A stretch of 64,000 nt of DNA from the human T2T-CHM13v2.0 reference genome, Homo sapiens. The stretch lies in assembly GCF_009914755.1 (NCBI RefSeq), contig NC_060947.1, one strand, 5' to 3'. Each line of letters opens with the position of its first letter. Within the stretch, counting starts at the first letter, position 1. The translations under genes were made by a program, and so were the position numbers. This document shows positions 48,940 through 61,744 of this stretch, piece after piece. Below the pieces are notes generated by a model. The model saw nothing but the letters and a program-made list of their open reading frames with translations, did no database searches and was not told where the DNA came from.

Positions 48940-49850
48940 CATTTTTATTGTGGCAAAACATTTAACATGCAATTTACCCTGTTAACAAAAATTTCAAGTG
49001 CACAAAACACTATTGTTAATCATTGGCACAATTTTCTACATCAGATCTCTGAAGCTTATTCATTTTATATAACTGAAACTTTATACCTATGGAACAGCAA
49101 CTTACTGTTTCTCCTTCTCCCAGCCATTGGAACCCAGCATCTTAGCTCTTTCTATTAATATAAGTATGAATATTTTAGATGCCTCTTGTAAGTGGAATCA
49201 TGCAGTTATTTTTCCTGTGACTGGCTTATTTCACTTACGGCAATGTACTACAGCATCATCTGTGTTGTTGCATATGACAGGATTTTCTGCCTTTTTAAGA
49301 CTGAATGATATTCCATTGTATGTATATACTGCTTATTTTTATTCATTCATCAATCAATAGATATTTAACTTATTTTCATGTTCTGGCTTTGAGAATAACA
49401 CTACACTGAATACAGGATTATAGATATATTTTCTAGATCCAGATTTCAATTCTTTTGGCTATATACCTAGAAGCAGGATTTCAAGTCTATAACAAAATCA
49501 AATAACTCAATTAAAATGTGTAAAGCATTTCTATAGACTTTCTTCCAAAGAAAACACCTTTTTGGAAAATAGACTTTCCCCTAAACACATATAAATGGCA
49601 AACATGCATATAAAAATATGCTAAACATCACTTATCTGCAGAATGGAAATCAAAACTACAATGAGACATCACTTACACCTGTGAGGACGACTAATTAAAA
49701 CAAAAAACAAAAAGCAAAATTAACAAAAAAGGATACCTAGTCTTGTTGAAGATGTGGAGAAATTGGAATCCTTTAACAGTGTTGGTAGGACTATAAAATG
49801 ATACAGCCACTATCAAAAATAATATGGAAGTTCCTCAAAACAAACATAAC
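48940..49850 (-). mobile_element. L1MA9/L1MB-type element with 5' inversion
   Basis: 48940-49490 is the antisense 3' end; 49491-49850 is a sense ORF2 C-terminal piece ending ggaagttcctcaaaa, just upstream in L1 coordinates of where the other arm starts. Confidence 0.82.
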
Positions 49851-50319
49851 ACGTTTTTTGTACCCAATGTTAATCACTTGCCTTCATTTCTAGTTATCAC
49901 TGACTTTAATCAGTGTTAAATAAACTTAAAGAAAAGACCTTACCTATCATCACCCTGCCCCCTTATAATATTAAGACTCAACTCCTTCATATATATCTTC
50001 ACCTCTCTAGGCCTCAGGATTGTTGGACCATCAACAATTCTCCTTATATTTTTTTAATATCTTCAAATCTCAACTATGACAAGGATAAGAAAAATAATAC
50101 TGTAGGAAAATAAAACTGTTTGTCTCTTAAGACCCTGCTGTAATAAGGTTTTGCTTTATCCAATAACAATAAAAATATATTTTTCTTAATATGTTTTTCT
50201 ACTTTATTTTGTATGTCAGCGTAAATTTAAATACAAGATGCAGATTTACTTGACTTAAAAGCCGTTTTTAAGTTAAAAAAGATTAAGTAAATCAAACAAG
50301 TCAGATAATAATAAAAGCA

Positions 50320-51135
50320 ATGTCTTTGAAATACGAATGCATATAGTAAAGTGCTCTAATCTTAATTGTGCAGGTTAGATATATTTTTACATATGCATAT
50401 ACTTCATCACCACCATGGAGTTTAAGATAAATAACATTTTTAATATTCCATAGAGTTCATTCATGCCCATTTTAAATCAATCTCCCCACCCACAGGGACA
50501 ACCACCATAAATTAAAGTTTTTATTTCTATGTTTTTATTTATATCACCATAAATTAAAGTAATCACACACTGCATGTACTAATTTGTAAATAGTTTTTGT
50601 GTGGTTTCTGTAAAATAACTTAATGCCTGTGAAATACATTGACAGTGTTATATGTAGCAAATATTTTGTTCTATTTATTGTTGGATAGTATAACATTGTA
50701 TACACAGATCACATTTTCCTCATTCTACACTTGGTGGGCTTGTTTTCAGTCTGAGGATATCATAGATACATTTGCTATTAATATTCCATTACATGCTCTT
50801 CAGAGGATATATGCACATATTCACTCATTTCTCTAGCAATGGGATTGTTAGGTTGCAGCATAGATAGGAATATTATTGTTCCTATTAGATATGCTTTGTT
50901 AGATACTGCCAGATAGGTTTTTAAAATACCCCCGAAGTGGATGTATCATTTTTCAAAACCCAAAGAACATGTGAGAGTTCTAGTTGTTCTGCATCTTTAC
51001 AAAATCTGGAATCTTCAGCTTTATAAATCTTACCTGTATTTGTATGAATATGTCAATATCACATTGTATTTTTATTTCTGTTCTCCTAATGAGAAATGAT
51101 GTTGATCACCTTCACATATTTGGAGCCACTGGCCA
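50320..51135 (-). mobile_element. L1ME 3' region
   Basis: gtaaagtgctctaatcttaattgtgcag...tagatactgccagatagg...atgagaaatgatgttgatcacctt. Confidence 0.7.
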
Positions 51136-51149
51136 ACTGAATCTAATGA

Positions 51150-52820
51150 AAGCTATCACAAAGGCCAGGGACAGCTCAACCACAGAGCAGATTCCTATAG
51201 TCTTCTATTCTATCATAACATCAAAAGAAGAAGTGTGGCATTTACTTGAGGTAAATATCATACGCTTCATCCTCTAACATTGTGTTACACAAAGTGTAAA
51301 CAAAATGTGACTGCTGTAAAATACAAAAAATTAAAAACCATACAAATAATCCGACAAATGCAGCTCAAAATCAAGACTGAAAATGTTAATCAAAGTAAGA
51401 TTATAGAAATTTTAATTAGCATCCAAGAACATTAAAATAGCTATGATAAATGTTAAATGGCCTATTGGGTAAAGTGGACAGCATGAATGCACAGATGGAG
51501 CATTTCACATAAGAAATGGAAAAAATAAACTAGAATAAAATGGAAAATGTTAAATGTAATGCTACAGCATTATAAATGAAGTATTCATTCAATGTGATTA
51601 AAAGCAGACAGGAAAAAAAGAAAGTATCAGGAAACTTGAAGCCAGAATTTGAAGAGAGACCAACAAAAATTACTCCAATAGAAGTACAAAATAGGGAAAA
51701 AAAATTAAGCATCTGAGTTGTGTGAGACTATTTCAAACTGCCTAACACTCATATCTTTGAGGTCCTGTAATGAGAAAGAGAATGAAGCAAAAGTAATATA
51801 TAAAGCAACAATTATCAAGATTTTTAAAAATTGCTGAAATTCCTCAATAACTGATCAAAAAATTTCAAAAATCGACAAATGAAGAGAAAAACCTCTACGC
51901 ACATTTTATTCAAGCTAATAAAAACCTAGAAAAAGATAGCATCTTAAATGCATCCAAAGAAAAAAAAGATTATACTCAGGGTATAACTGAGAATGAAAAC
52001 CTAATTTTCACGAGAAACAACGGAGGTCAGAAGACAATGAAAATAACTAATTAAAGTGATAAAAGAGAATTTAAAATATCGTACAGAATTTTTATCCAAC
52101 AAAAATATCTTTTGTAAAAAAGAAAGCGAAATAAGGATAGCTTTAGACAAATATAGAAATAATTCTTTACTAGCAGACCTGCACTAGAAGACCTGCGAAA
52201 ATAAATTCAACCATTTTGAAAATTTACAATACCAAGTAGAAATAAATAACAGCATGAAGGAAGTAAGAACACAAAATATTAAACATATGGGTAAACAAGA
52301 CAAATAAATTTTAAAAGTCTATATATACTGTGTAAAATCATTAAATAAAGGAAGACAGCAAAAGAGAGAGGAACAAAACAACTGTGAAAGAGAAAAAATA
52401 AAAAATAGCAATAGTAAGTCATCACCTATCAATAATTACTTTAAAAGTAAATAAATTAAGTTCCCCAGACAAAATGCATAGAGTAGCTGAATGGATAAAA
52501 ATAAACACATGTAACTAACCTGCACGTTGTGCACATGTACCCTAAAACTTAAAGTATAATTTAAAAAAATAAAATAAAAAAATAAACAAGTACCTGTGAT
52601 ATACGGCCTTCACTTGCTGTGCTTTCAATAATGAATTGAACATATAAATAGAAAACCAATAAAGAAACAGCTGATTTGAATAAAACTATAGACCAAATAG
52701 ACTTAACAGACGTATATAGAACTTCTCACCCAGGAAAGGAAGAACATTTTCCTCAAACACATGATGATATGTTAAATCACAAAACAAGTCTTAACAAATT
52801 TAAGAAGATCGAAATCAGCA
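51150..52820 (+). mobile_element. Old L1M ORF1 fragment followed by an L1MA-type ORF2 endonuclease start
   Basis: aaagtggacagcatgaatgcacagatggagcatttc; actagcagacctgcactag; atagtaagtcatcacctatcaataattactttaa; atagaccaaatagacttaacagac. Confidence 0.75.
52508..52577 (+). mobile_element. Micro-insertion of an L1PA3/4 3' tip
   Basis: catgtaactaacctgcacgttgtgcacatgtaccctaaaacttaaagtataat plus A tail; 11-bp TSD aaaaataaaca at 52497-52507 and 52578-52588. Confidence 0.92.
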
Positions 52821-53535
52821 CTGATCTCTGGTAGGAGACCCGGGTTCAAGTCTACCACAGCTTGGAACAAATGTTCCTCAGTGCCACTCCCTAGAGCGAG
52901 CAAGGTTTTGAGTAAACCGACATAATTTGGACAGATCTAAGGAGAGAAAATTCCAAAAGTGGGTGGAGATGTGACACAGATGCTGCATGGGATCCCTGCA
53001 TGGGATACTCAAATGCTGGGGCTAGTTGCCAGCCTGGAAAGGCTCCTGGGGAATGAATGAGTGAAGAAACTGTGGGACAGGCCACTGTTGCTGTGGACCT
53101 CCAGGATCCCGGCTACAGGGGTCCCCATGTCCCCCACATACATTTAAGCTGACAGGGAGATCTTCCCAGACAGTAGACAAAGAAGAGGCTTAAGCCAGCA
53201 CAGAGCTGGGGGACTTTGTGCACCACACACCTCCAGCAGAATACGGCCATAGGGACCTATCTCCCTGGGCTCCCCATCTTTCTCTGACGGAGCTCTAGCC
53301 TAATCTGACTACCAGGCCAGGAGAAAGTGGGGCCGAGTTCTCTGCAGCACTGGGCACATCTGTTCTGCAGGCCCTCCTGACCTGTAGCTACGCCCAGGTC
53401 CACTGTCTGGCTGCTAAGAGTGTGTGCATAGCCCAGCCTCTGCTGCCAAGCCTGGGTACTTTGCCTCACCTGCTTACATTCATGGTGGCCAGGGAGCACT
53501 TCAGATCACTCAGTGCACCAACAGTCCGGAGGAAG

Positions 53536-55048
53536 TGCGTCCGGAATTGGTGGGTTCCTGGTCTCACTGACTTCAAGAATGAAGCCACGGACCCTCGCGG
53601 TGAGTCTTTCCAGTTCTTAAAGGAGGCGTGTCCGGAGTTTGTTCCTTCTGATGTTTGGATGTGTTCAGAGTTTCTTCCGTCTGGTGGGTTCGTGGTCTCG
53701 CTGGCTCAGGAGTGAAGCTGCGGACCTTCGCAGTGAGTGTTACAGCTCTTAAGGCGGCGCGCCTGGAGTTATTCGTTCCTCCCGGTGGGTTCGTCGTCTC
53801 GCTGGCTCAGGAGTGAAGCTGCAGACCTTCGCGGTGAGTGCTACAGCGCTTAAGGCGGCGCGCCTGGAGCTGTTCTTTCCTCCCGGTGGGTTTGTGGTCT
53901 CGCTGGCTTCAGGAATGAAGCTGCAGACCTTCGCACTGAAAGTTACAGCTCATAAATGCTGTGTGGACCCAAAGGGTGACCAGCAGCAAGATTCATCGCA
54001 AAGAGGAAAGAGCAAATCTTCCGTGATGTGGAAGAGGACCGGAACACGTTGCCACTGCACGCTTGGGCAGCCTGCTTTTATTCTCTTATCTGGCCCCACC
54101 CACATCCTGCTGATTGGTCCATTTTACAGAGAGCCGATTGGTCCATTTTACAGAGAGCTGATTGGTCCGTTTTGACAGGGTGCTGATTGGTGCATTTACA
54201 ATCCCTGAGCTAGACACAAAGTTCTCCACTTCCCCACTAGATTAGCTAGATGCAGAGTGTCCACACAAAGGTTCTCCAAGTCCCCACCAGAGTAACTAGA
54301 TACAGAATGTCGACTGGTGCATTCACAAACCCTGAGCTAGACAGAGGGTGCTCATTGGTGTGTTTACAAACCTTGAGCTAGATACAGAGTGCTGATTGGT
54401 GTATTTACAATCCCTTAGCTAGACACAAAGATTCTCCAAGTCCCCACCAGACTCAGAAGTCCAGCTGGCTTCACCCAGTGGATCCCGCACAGGGGCCACA
54501 GGTGGAGATGCCTGCCAGTCCCACCCCACGCTCCCGCACTCCTCAGCCCTTGGGTGATCGATGGGACTGGGCGCCATGGAGCAGCAGGCGGCACTCGTCG
54601 GGGAGGCTCCGGCGGCACAGGAGCCCACGGCGGGCGGGGGAGGCTCAGGCATGGCTGGCTGCAGGTCCCGAGCCCTGCCCCGCAGGGAGGCAGCTAAGAC
54701 CCGGCGAGAAGTCGAGCACAGCAGCTGCTGGCCCAGGTGCTAAGCCCCTCACTGCCCGGGGCTTGTGGGCAGGCCGGCCGCTCTGAGTGTGGGGCCCGCT
54801 GAGCCCACGCCCACCCGGAACTCGCGCTGGCCCGCAAGCGCCGCGCACAGCCCTGGTTCCCGCCCGCGCCTCTCCCTCCACACCTCCCTGCAAGCTGAGG
54901 GAGCCGGCTCCGGCCTTGGCCAGCCCAGAAACGGGCTCCCACAGTGCAGCGGTGGGCTGAAGGGCTCCTCAAGCGCGGCCAGAGTGGGCGCCAAGGCCGA
55001 GGAGGCGCCCAGAGGGAGCGAGGTCTGCCAGCACGCTGTCACTTCTCA
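53536..55048 (-). mobile_element. Solo LTR12C (ERV9 LTR), apparently complete and CpG-rich
   Basis: Minus strand starts tgagaagtgacagcgtgctggcag and ends accaattccggacgca; tandem U5 units of about 100 bp; 4-bp TSD gaag at 53532-53535 and 55049-55052. Confidence 0.97.
54040..54420 (-). promoter_or_regulatory. LTR12C core promoter and enhancer, firing leftward
   Basis: Six CCAAT boxes (attgg at 54113, 54137, 54161, 54186, 54354, 54395), GATA-containing enhancer repeats and the ERV9 TATA-like AATAAAAG at 54082-54075. Confidence 0.8.
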
Positions 55049-55625
55049 GAAGGAGCTGTTTGTCAATCCTGGCACACCAGGGCTTCAGTGTGCAACTCAG
55101 GAATGCCAAGTCAAGATCTGTGTCTAGCACTTTAAGAAAGAGAGGAGCCCATATTCTCAGAACACTCAGAGGGGTGAGATGCATGGGCTTGTGGGCTGCA
55201 GTGGGAGCGGGGCATGTCTCCTTCTACAGGGCTGGCCTGAAAAGGTGTGACGAATATCCCTGCCACAGACTTGGCTTAGGGAGCCCCATAGCCTCAAAAA
55301 CCTCACAAAAGAAATGAGGGCACAGTGCCAGTGCGTGGAAGGGGTTCCCCCCCCCAACACACACACACCAAAGAGCACTGCTGCAAATGAGAGGAGATAC
55401 AGAGGAGTTGCTGGGCTGAGTAGGAGCCTATTTACAGACCATTGTTCTTAGGTACCTTCTACTGGATCACAGCTCAGACTACAATACCAAAAAATATTTC
55501 GTTAGATTTCACCACTGCTGCCCCACTCCCACTGGTGCAAGGGCATGTGTGCGGACCCTACTGTGCTACCCCCACTGGAGTACATGTGCAAGGAATCCAT
55601 CACAAAGCTGCTGCACCACCACTGC

Positions 55626-57250
55626 TAATTTGGCTCCTGGCTTGACTGTTGTTGGTGTATAGGAATGCAAGTGATATTTGCACATTGAGTTTTTATCCTG
55701 AGAGTTTGCTGAAGTTATTTATTAGCTTAACAAGTTTTTGGGCTGAGATTATGGAATTTTCTAGACATAGGATTATGTGAACTGCAAACAGGGATATTTT
55801 GAGATCCTATTCCTATATGAATGCCCTCTATTTTTTTTTTATCTTGCCTGATTGTCCCAGCCAGAAATTCCAATACTATGTTGAATAGAAGTGATGAAGG
55901 ACGTCATCCTTGTCTTTCGTCAGTTTTCAAAGGGAATTCTTCCAGCTTTTGCCCATTCAGTATGATGTTGGCTGTGGGTTTTCATAGCTGGCTCTTATTA
56001 TTTTGAGCTCTTTTCCTTCAATACCTAGTTTATTGAGAGTTTTAATATGAATGGATGCTAAATTTCATCGAAGGCCTTTTCTGTATCTATTGAGATAATC
56101 ATGTGCTTTTTGTCTTTTATTCTGTTTATGTGATTAATCACATTTATTGATTTGTGTATATTGAAAAAACCTTATATCCCAGGGATGAAGCCTACTTGAT
56201 CATGGTCAATAAGTTTTTGATGTGCTGCTGGATTCAGTTTGCTAGCATTTTGTTGAGGAAAAAATGACTAACAGAGTAAACAGAAAATCTACAGAATGGG
56301 AGAAAATTTTGGTCAACCATGCAGCCAACAAAGGTCTAATATCCAGCATCTATAAGGAAATTAAGAAAATTTACAAGAAAAAATAACAAACAACTGCATA
56401 ATAAAGTGGGTAAAGGACATGAACAAACACCTTTTTAAAAGAAGACATACATGCAGCCAACAATCATATAAAAATAGTCAACATCAATGATAATTAGAGA
56501 AATGTAAATCAAAACTACAATGAGATTGCATCTAACATAAGTCAGAATGGCTATTATTAAAAAGTTAAAAAGTAAAAGATGCTGGCAAGGTTGTGGCAAA
56601 AAAAGGAATGTTTATACACTGTTGGTGCGAGTGTAAATTAGTTCAGCCATTATGGAAGACAGTGTGGGGATTTCTCAAGGACCTATAGATAGAAATACCA
56701 TTTGACCCAGCAATTACATTGCTGAATATATAACCCAAAGGTTATAAATCTGTCTATTATAAAAGACACATGCACGAGTATGTTCACTGCAGCACTATTC
56801 ACAATAGCAAAGACATGGAATCAACCTAAGGGTTTATCAATGATAGACTGGATAAAGAAAATGTGGTACATATACCTTATGGAATACTACGCTGCCAAAA
56901 AGAAGAACAAGATCGTGTCCTTTGCAGGGACATTGATAGAGCTGGAGGACATTATCCTTAGCAAATGAACATGGGAGCAGAAAACCAAATACTGCATGTT
57001 CTCACATATAAGTGGGAGCTAAATGATGAGAAAAACATGGACGCATAGAAGGGAACAACACACACTGAGAACTTTCAAAGGGTAGAGTGTGGGAGAAGGG
57101 AGAGGATCGGGAAAAACAACTAATATGTATTAGGCTTAATACTTGCGTGATGGATTTATCTGTAAAACAAACCCCCATTACATAAGTTTACCTATGTAAC
57201 AAACCTGCACATGTACCTCTGAACTTAAAATAAATGTTAAAAGAAAAAAA
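55626..57250 (+). mobile_element. L1PA13-like element with 5' inversion and deletion
   Basis: 55626-56259 is an antisense RT region; 56260-57250 is the sense 3' end (ggatcgggaaaaacaactaat...aacctgcacatgtacctctgaacttaaaataaa). Confidence 0.88.
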
Positions 57251-57360
57251 TCCAAGAGTGTAACCACATATGAACAGATCTATTATTAATGTTTGTCTTT
57301 CAGACTCACTCAAATTCCAAAGAAAACTATTTACCAGTTAATCTCTGGTCTCCATTTCTC

Positions 57361-57527
57361 AAAAAAATAAAGGCAGCTAGAGAGAAGAGACAGATTACCT
57401 ACAAAGGGAACTGCATCAGGCTAACAGTAGAACTTTCAGCAGAAACCCTGAAAGCCGGAAGAGACTGGGGGCCTATATTCAGCATGCATAAAGAAAATTA
57501 CTTCCAACAAAGAATTTCATATGTAGT
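57361..57527 (+). mobile_element. L1PA ORF1 fragment
   Basis: KAAREKRQITYKGNCIRLTVELSAETLKAGRDWGPIF is the ORF1p C-terminal domain. Confidence 0.9.
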
Positions 57528-59210
57528 TGATATGGTATGGCTGTGTCCCCACCCAAATCTCATCTTGAATTTTAGCTCCCACAATTCCCATGTCATGGGA
57601 GGGACCTGGTGGCAGGTAATTGAATCATGGGGGTGGGTCTTTCCAATACTGTTCTCATGATAGCGAATAAGTCTCATAAGATCAGATGGTTTAATAAAGG
57701 GGAGTCCCCCTGAACAAGCTCTCTCTTGTTGGCCACCATGTAAGATGTCCCTTGCTTTTCTGCCATGATTGTGAGGCCCCCCCAGTCATGTGGAGCTGTG
57801 AGTCAATTAAACCTCTTTCCTTTATAAATTACCCTGTCTCCAATATGTCTTTATTAGCAGCGTGAGAACAGACTAATACAGTAAATGGATACCAGTAGAA
57901 TGGGATGCTGCTGTAAAGATACCTGAAAAAGTGGAAGTGACTTTGGAACTGGGTAATAGGCAGAGGATGGAACAGTTTGAAAGGCTCAGGAGAAGACAGG
58001 AAAATGTGGGAAAGTTTGGAATGTCCTAGAGACTTGTCGAGTGGCTTTCACCAAATGCTGCTCATCTCAAATGGAGATGAAGAACTTGTTGGGAACTGGA
58101 ATAAAGGTGACTCTTGCTAGGTTTTGGCAAAGAGACTGGTGGCATTTTGCCCCTGCCCTAGAGATCTCTGAAACTTTGAACAGGAGAGAGACGATTTAGG
58201 GTATCTAGTGGAAGAAATTTCTAAGCAGCAAGGCATTCATCAGGTGATTTGGGTGCTGTTAAAAGCATTCAGCTTTATGTAGTCACGGAGATATGGTTTA
58301 GAACTGGAACTTACATTTAAAAGGGAAGCAAAGCATAAAAGTTTAGAAAATTTGCAGCCTGACAATGTGGTAGAAAAGAAAAACCCATTTTCTGAGGAGA
58401 AATTCAAGTGGCTTGCAGAGGTTTGCAGAAGTTATGAGGAACCAAATGTTAATTGCTAAGACAATGGGGAAAATATCTCCAGGGCATGTCAGAGACTGTG
58501 GCAGCAGGCCCTGCTATCACACGCCTGGAGGGCTAGGATATAAAAAACGGTTTTATCAGCCAGGCCCAGAGCCATACTGGTCTGTGCAGCCTATGGTCTT
58601 GGTGCCCTGTGTCCCAGCTGCTCCAGGCGTGATTAAAGGAGCCAAAGTACAGGTTGGGCCATGGCTTCAGAGGATACAATCCCCAAGCCTTGGCAGCTTC
58701 CATGTGATGTTGAGCCTGCGGGTGCACAGAAGTCAAGAATTGAGATTTGGGAACCTCCACATGATTGTATATTGCAGTGTGAGAAGGACATGAGATTTGG
58801 GAGGATCCAGTGGTGGAATGATATAGTTTGGATATTTATCCCAGTCCACATCTCAAGTTGAATTTTCATACCTCATTTGTAGGTGGTGCCTGGTGGAAGG
58901 TGTTTGGACCATGGGAGCAGTTTCCACATGGCTTGGTGCTGTCTTTGTGACAGTGAGTTCTCACGAGATCTGGTCATTTAAAAGTATGTGGAACTTTCTC
59001 CCTGCCATTGCTCTTGCTGCTGCCATGTTGGATACCTGCTTCCCCTTTGCCTTCTGCCATGATTGTCAGCTTCCTGAGGCCTCCTCAGAAGCAGACGCTA
59101 GTGCTATGTTTCTTGTATAGCCTGCAGAACCATAAGCCAATTATATCACTTTTCTTATGATTACCCGGTGTCAGGTATTTTTTATAGTAATGCGAGAATG
59201 ACATAATATA
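57528..59210 (+). mobile_element. Chimeric MaLR provirus: THE1C LTR (57528-57880), THE1-int to 58760, MST-int tip, MSTA LTR (58819-59210)
   Basis: 5' LTR tgatatggtatggctgtgtccccacccaaatctcatc is THE1; 3' LTR tgatatagtttggatattt...gaagcagacgctagtgctatg...cctgcagaacc is MSTA; no shared TSD. Confidence 0.88.
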
Positions 59211-59214
59211 CTAA

Positions 59215-60795
59215 CATATGCATTTAATATTATATTTTAATAAGATTTTATATGTAGCATTTCCATTATGGTTTAGTTTTAAATAATGTAAATTTTTCTT
59301 TATTATTCCTTTTTCATCCTGTGATATATTGAGAGGAACAAGTTAAATTTTTGAATTTGGAAAATTTTGACTACATTTTATTAACAGTTTATAATTTATT
59401 GCATTGTTTTAGAAGAATTTGGTGTTGTCTACCTGGTAATAATTATTTCAGTTTGATTTGCTTTGAGGCCAGTTTTATGGTCACTTACGTAAATGTTCTG
59501 TAAATTTTAAATAATCTGAATTATTTACTTGGTGGTTGCAGATTCCACACACGTATTAGATGAAATATATTTATTGTGTTATCATATTTTTTATAAATCT
59601 TGCTATTTTTGGCTGTTTAATGAATCAATTATTGGAAAGATGGTGTTAATTTATCTTAGTGATTGTGAATTTTTCAATTTTCTTTCAAAATCAGTTTTAT
59701 CATTATATGTTTAAGCCTATTAAATTGGGTATAAACAGAACCACAACTTTTATAGCTTATGTAGAAAGTACACTTCTTAACAATAAGTAGCAACCACATA
59801 CTTATTGCTGCTTCTTTTCTTTATTTTATGTATATTAATATCAGGTCTGCATCATTCTTTATAATTAAAATTACTGATTATATATTTTAAATATTTATTT
59901 CAACATTTCTGTGACATAGTTTATGTGGGTGTGTTTTAATAAATATTTAGTTTTAGTTTTAAAGTAGAAGTTTGACATTTTCTTTCCTTTAGTTGTTGAG
60001 TTTGATCTACTAATATTCATTATGAATACTGGCTATTCCCAAGTATTTTACTTTATCCTTTCCTTTTGTCTACCATGTAATTCAACTTTACTTTTTTAAA
60101 TTTTACTTTATCTAGTTGGATATTCTCTATTCTATTTCAAGTTTTGATTATTACTTTAAATTTTTTTGGCAATGATACTTCGCTATTTCTAAATTTATTA
60201 ATTGTATCTACCATGTCTTACACAACAAAAGACAATAGAGTTTAAATTCAGGCTCCCTTCACCCTTATCTTATTAATTATTTTTCCTTCAGCACAGATTC
60301 CCAAAGTAAGGAGAAGCCAGAAGCAGTAAGAGTCCAAGAACCAGTTACCTTCTCATTACAAGCCTCAACCAAAAACTAGAATGTGCCACACAGAAATTAT
60401 TATTATCTACTTGTCCACTTATGTTAAAAAATAATACGAATTTATGGCCTAGAATTTTATTTACACCACTTCATTAACCATCTAAACTTAGCCCTTATTA
60501 TAATCCATTTGTATAGGCAATGCATATTCAAATCTACTCATTGGTTTATTAATCTTTTTGCACACCACTTCTTACACCCTACGATTTCTGTTTGATTTTC
60601 TTCCACTTGAAATACATCCCTTAATAGATCTTTTAGTGGTTTTATTAATCATAATTATCTCATTATTCGCCTGTAAAATGTTTTCATTTGATTCTAGTTA
60701 TTGTTTGATGGTATAGTTGCATATAAAATTCTAGTTTTGCAGTTCTTTTTTCTCAAAACTTTGAAATCATAGTCCATTCTTTCTGTCACTTATTG
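59215..60795 (-). mobile_element. Highly degenerate L1M(E) ORF1/ORF2 5' region
   Basis: T-rich antisense L1M motifs (tatggtcacttacgtaaatgttc; ttgcatataaaattctagttttgcagtt). Confidence 0.6.
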
Positions 60796-60799
60796 CGTA

Positions 60800-61266
60800 T
60801 TTTTTATCTCACAATTTTGGTGGGTTAAGAATTCAGGCATGTGTAATTGTGTCCTCTGCTTCAGAGTATTTCGCAAGGCTTCAATCAAGATATCAGCAGT
60901 GACTGAAGTCTTATTTGAAGACTTGACTGAGGAAAGATTCACTTCCAAGCTGACTCACATAGGCGACAAGATTCAGTTCTTCTAGTGTTGCTAAACTGAG
61001 AACCTCAGTTCCTCCCTGGCTGTTGGTTGAAGGCTTTCTTCAGTTGCTTTTCAAGTGTGTCTCTCCAAAATGATGGCTTACTTCGTTAGACACACCAAAT
61101 GAAAGAGTCTGCTAGTAAGATGTAAGTGACAAGCCATTTAATCTATTATTGGAAATAACATACTCTCAATAGTATTGCCATATTCTACTGGTGAGAAGTT
61201 GCACAAGACCATGGATATCAGTATAAAGGAATTATATGGGACCTGTCTTAGACAATGTCTGCTCCA
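60800..61266 (-). mobile_element. MLT1F-like LTR
   Basis: gacttgactgaggaaagattcacttccaagctgactcac...gattcagttctt...cctcagttcctccctggctgttgg. Confidence 0.78.
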
Positions 61267-61744
61267 GGCCTGGAATAAGGTTCTGGTTTTTCAGGTAATA
61301 TACATTTTTACCTCACCACTGTACAACCAAAACAGGTAAGAATTTTTTCTTTGCTGTCCTCATCTATATGGAAGGTTTATTTATGCTAGTCTTTAATATA
61401 AGCCTTTGGGGGAGTCTAAGCCTTATGCATAATATACCAATTATATTTTCCAACTTGAATATGACCAAGTATTTTTTATTCTCCAATGCCCTTTCATCTT
61501 CAAACAGAAATTTAAAAACAAAAGAGTGAATGATGGCTTTAGCATTCTCTTAAATTCTATTTTCAGACTTGTAATGGTTTTGTACATTCTTAACAGTCAG
61601 TTCGCTTAATAATTCTAAAATAAATATCCAACATATTATAATTTATTTCATTGATATGGATATTCAGGATGCCTTGTTTTCAATGTTGTGAAGAACATAG
61701 TCCCAAATAGAATATCTATCTAGATATCAATATTTACATCTAGA

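Larger units (their letters stand above)
52860..55625 (+). mobile_element. L1PA15/16-type 5'UTR interrupted by LTR12C
   Basis: ggctcctggggaatgaatgagtgaagaaactgtgggacag...ggacctccaggatcccggctac matches the L1PA15-16 5' end; resumes after 55052. Confidence 0.78.

Noticed and set aside
52818-52860. tRNA-like B-box gggttcaagtc
   Set aside because: No cloverleaf or A-box; likely a SINE scrap or the edge of the L1 5' end.
53570-54430. Regular repeats resembling a CRISPR-like array
   Set aside because: These are the known U5 and U3 tandem units of LTR12C; there are no unique spacers.
53422-55378. Dense cluster of overlapping GC-rich ORFs
   Set aside because: Spurious frames in LTR12C and L1 5'UTR sequence, where stop codons are rare.
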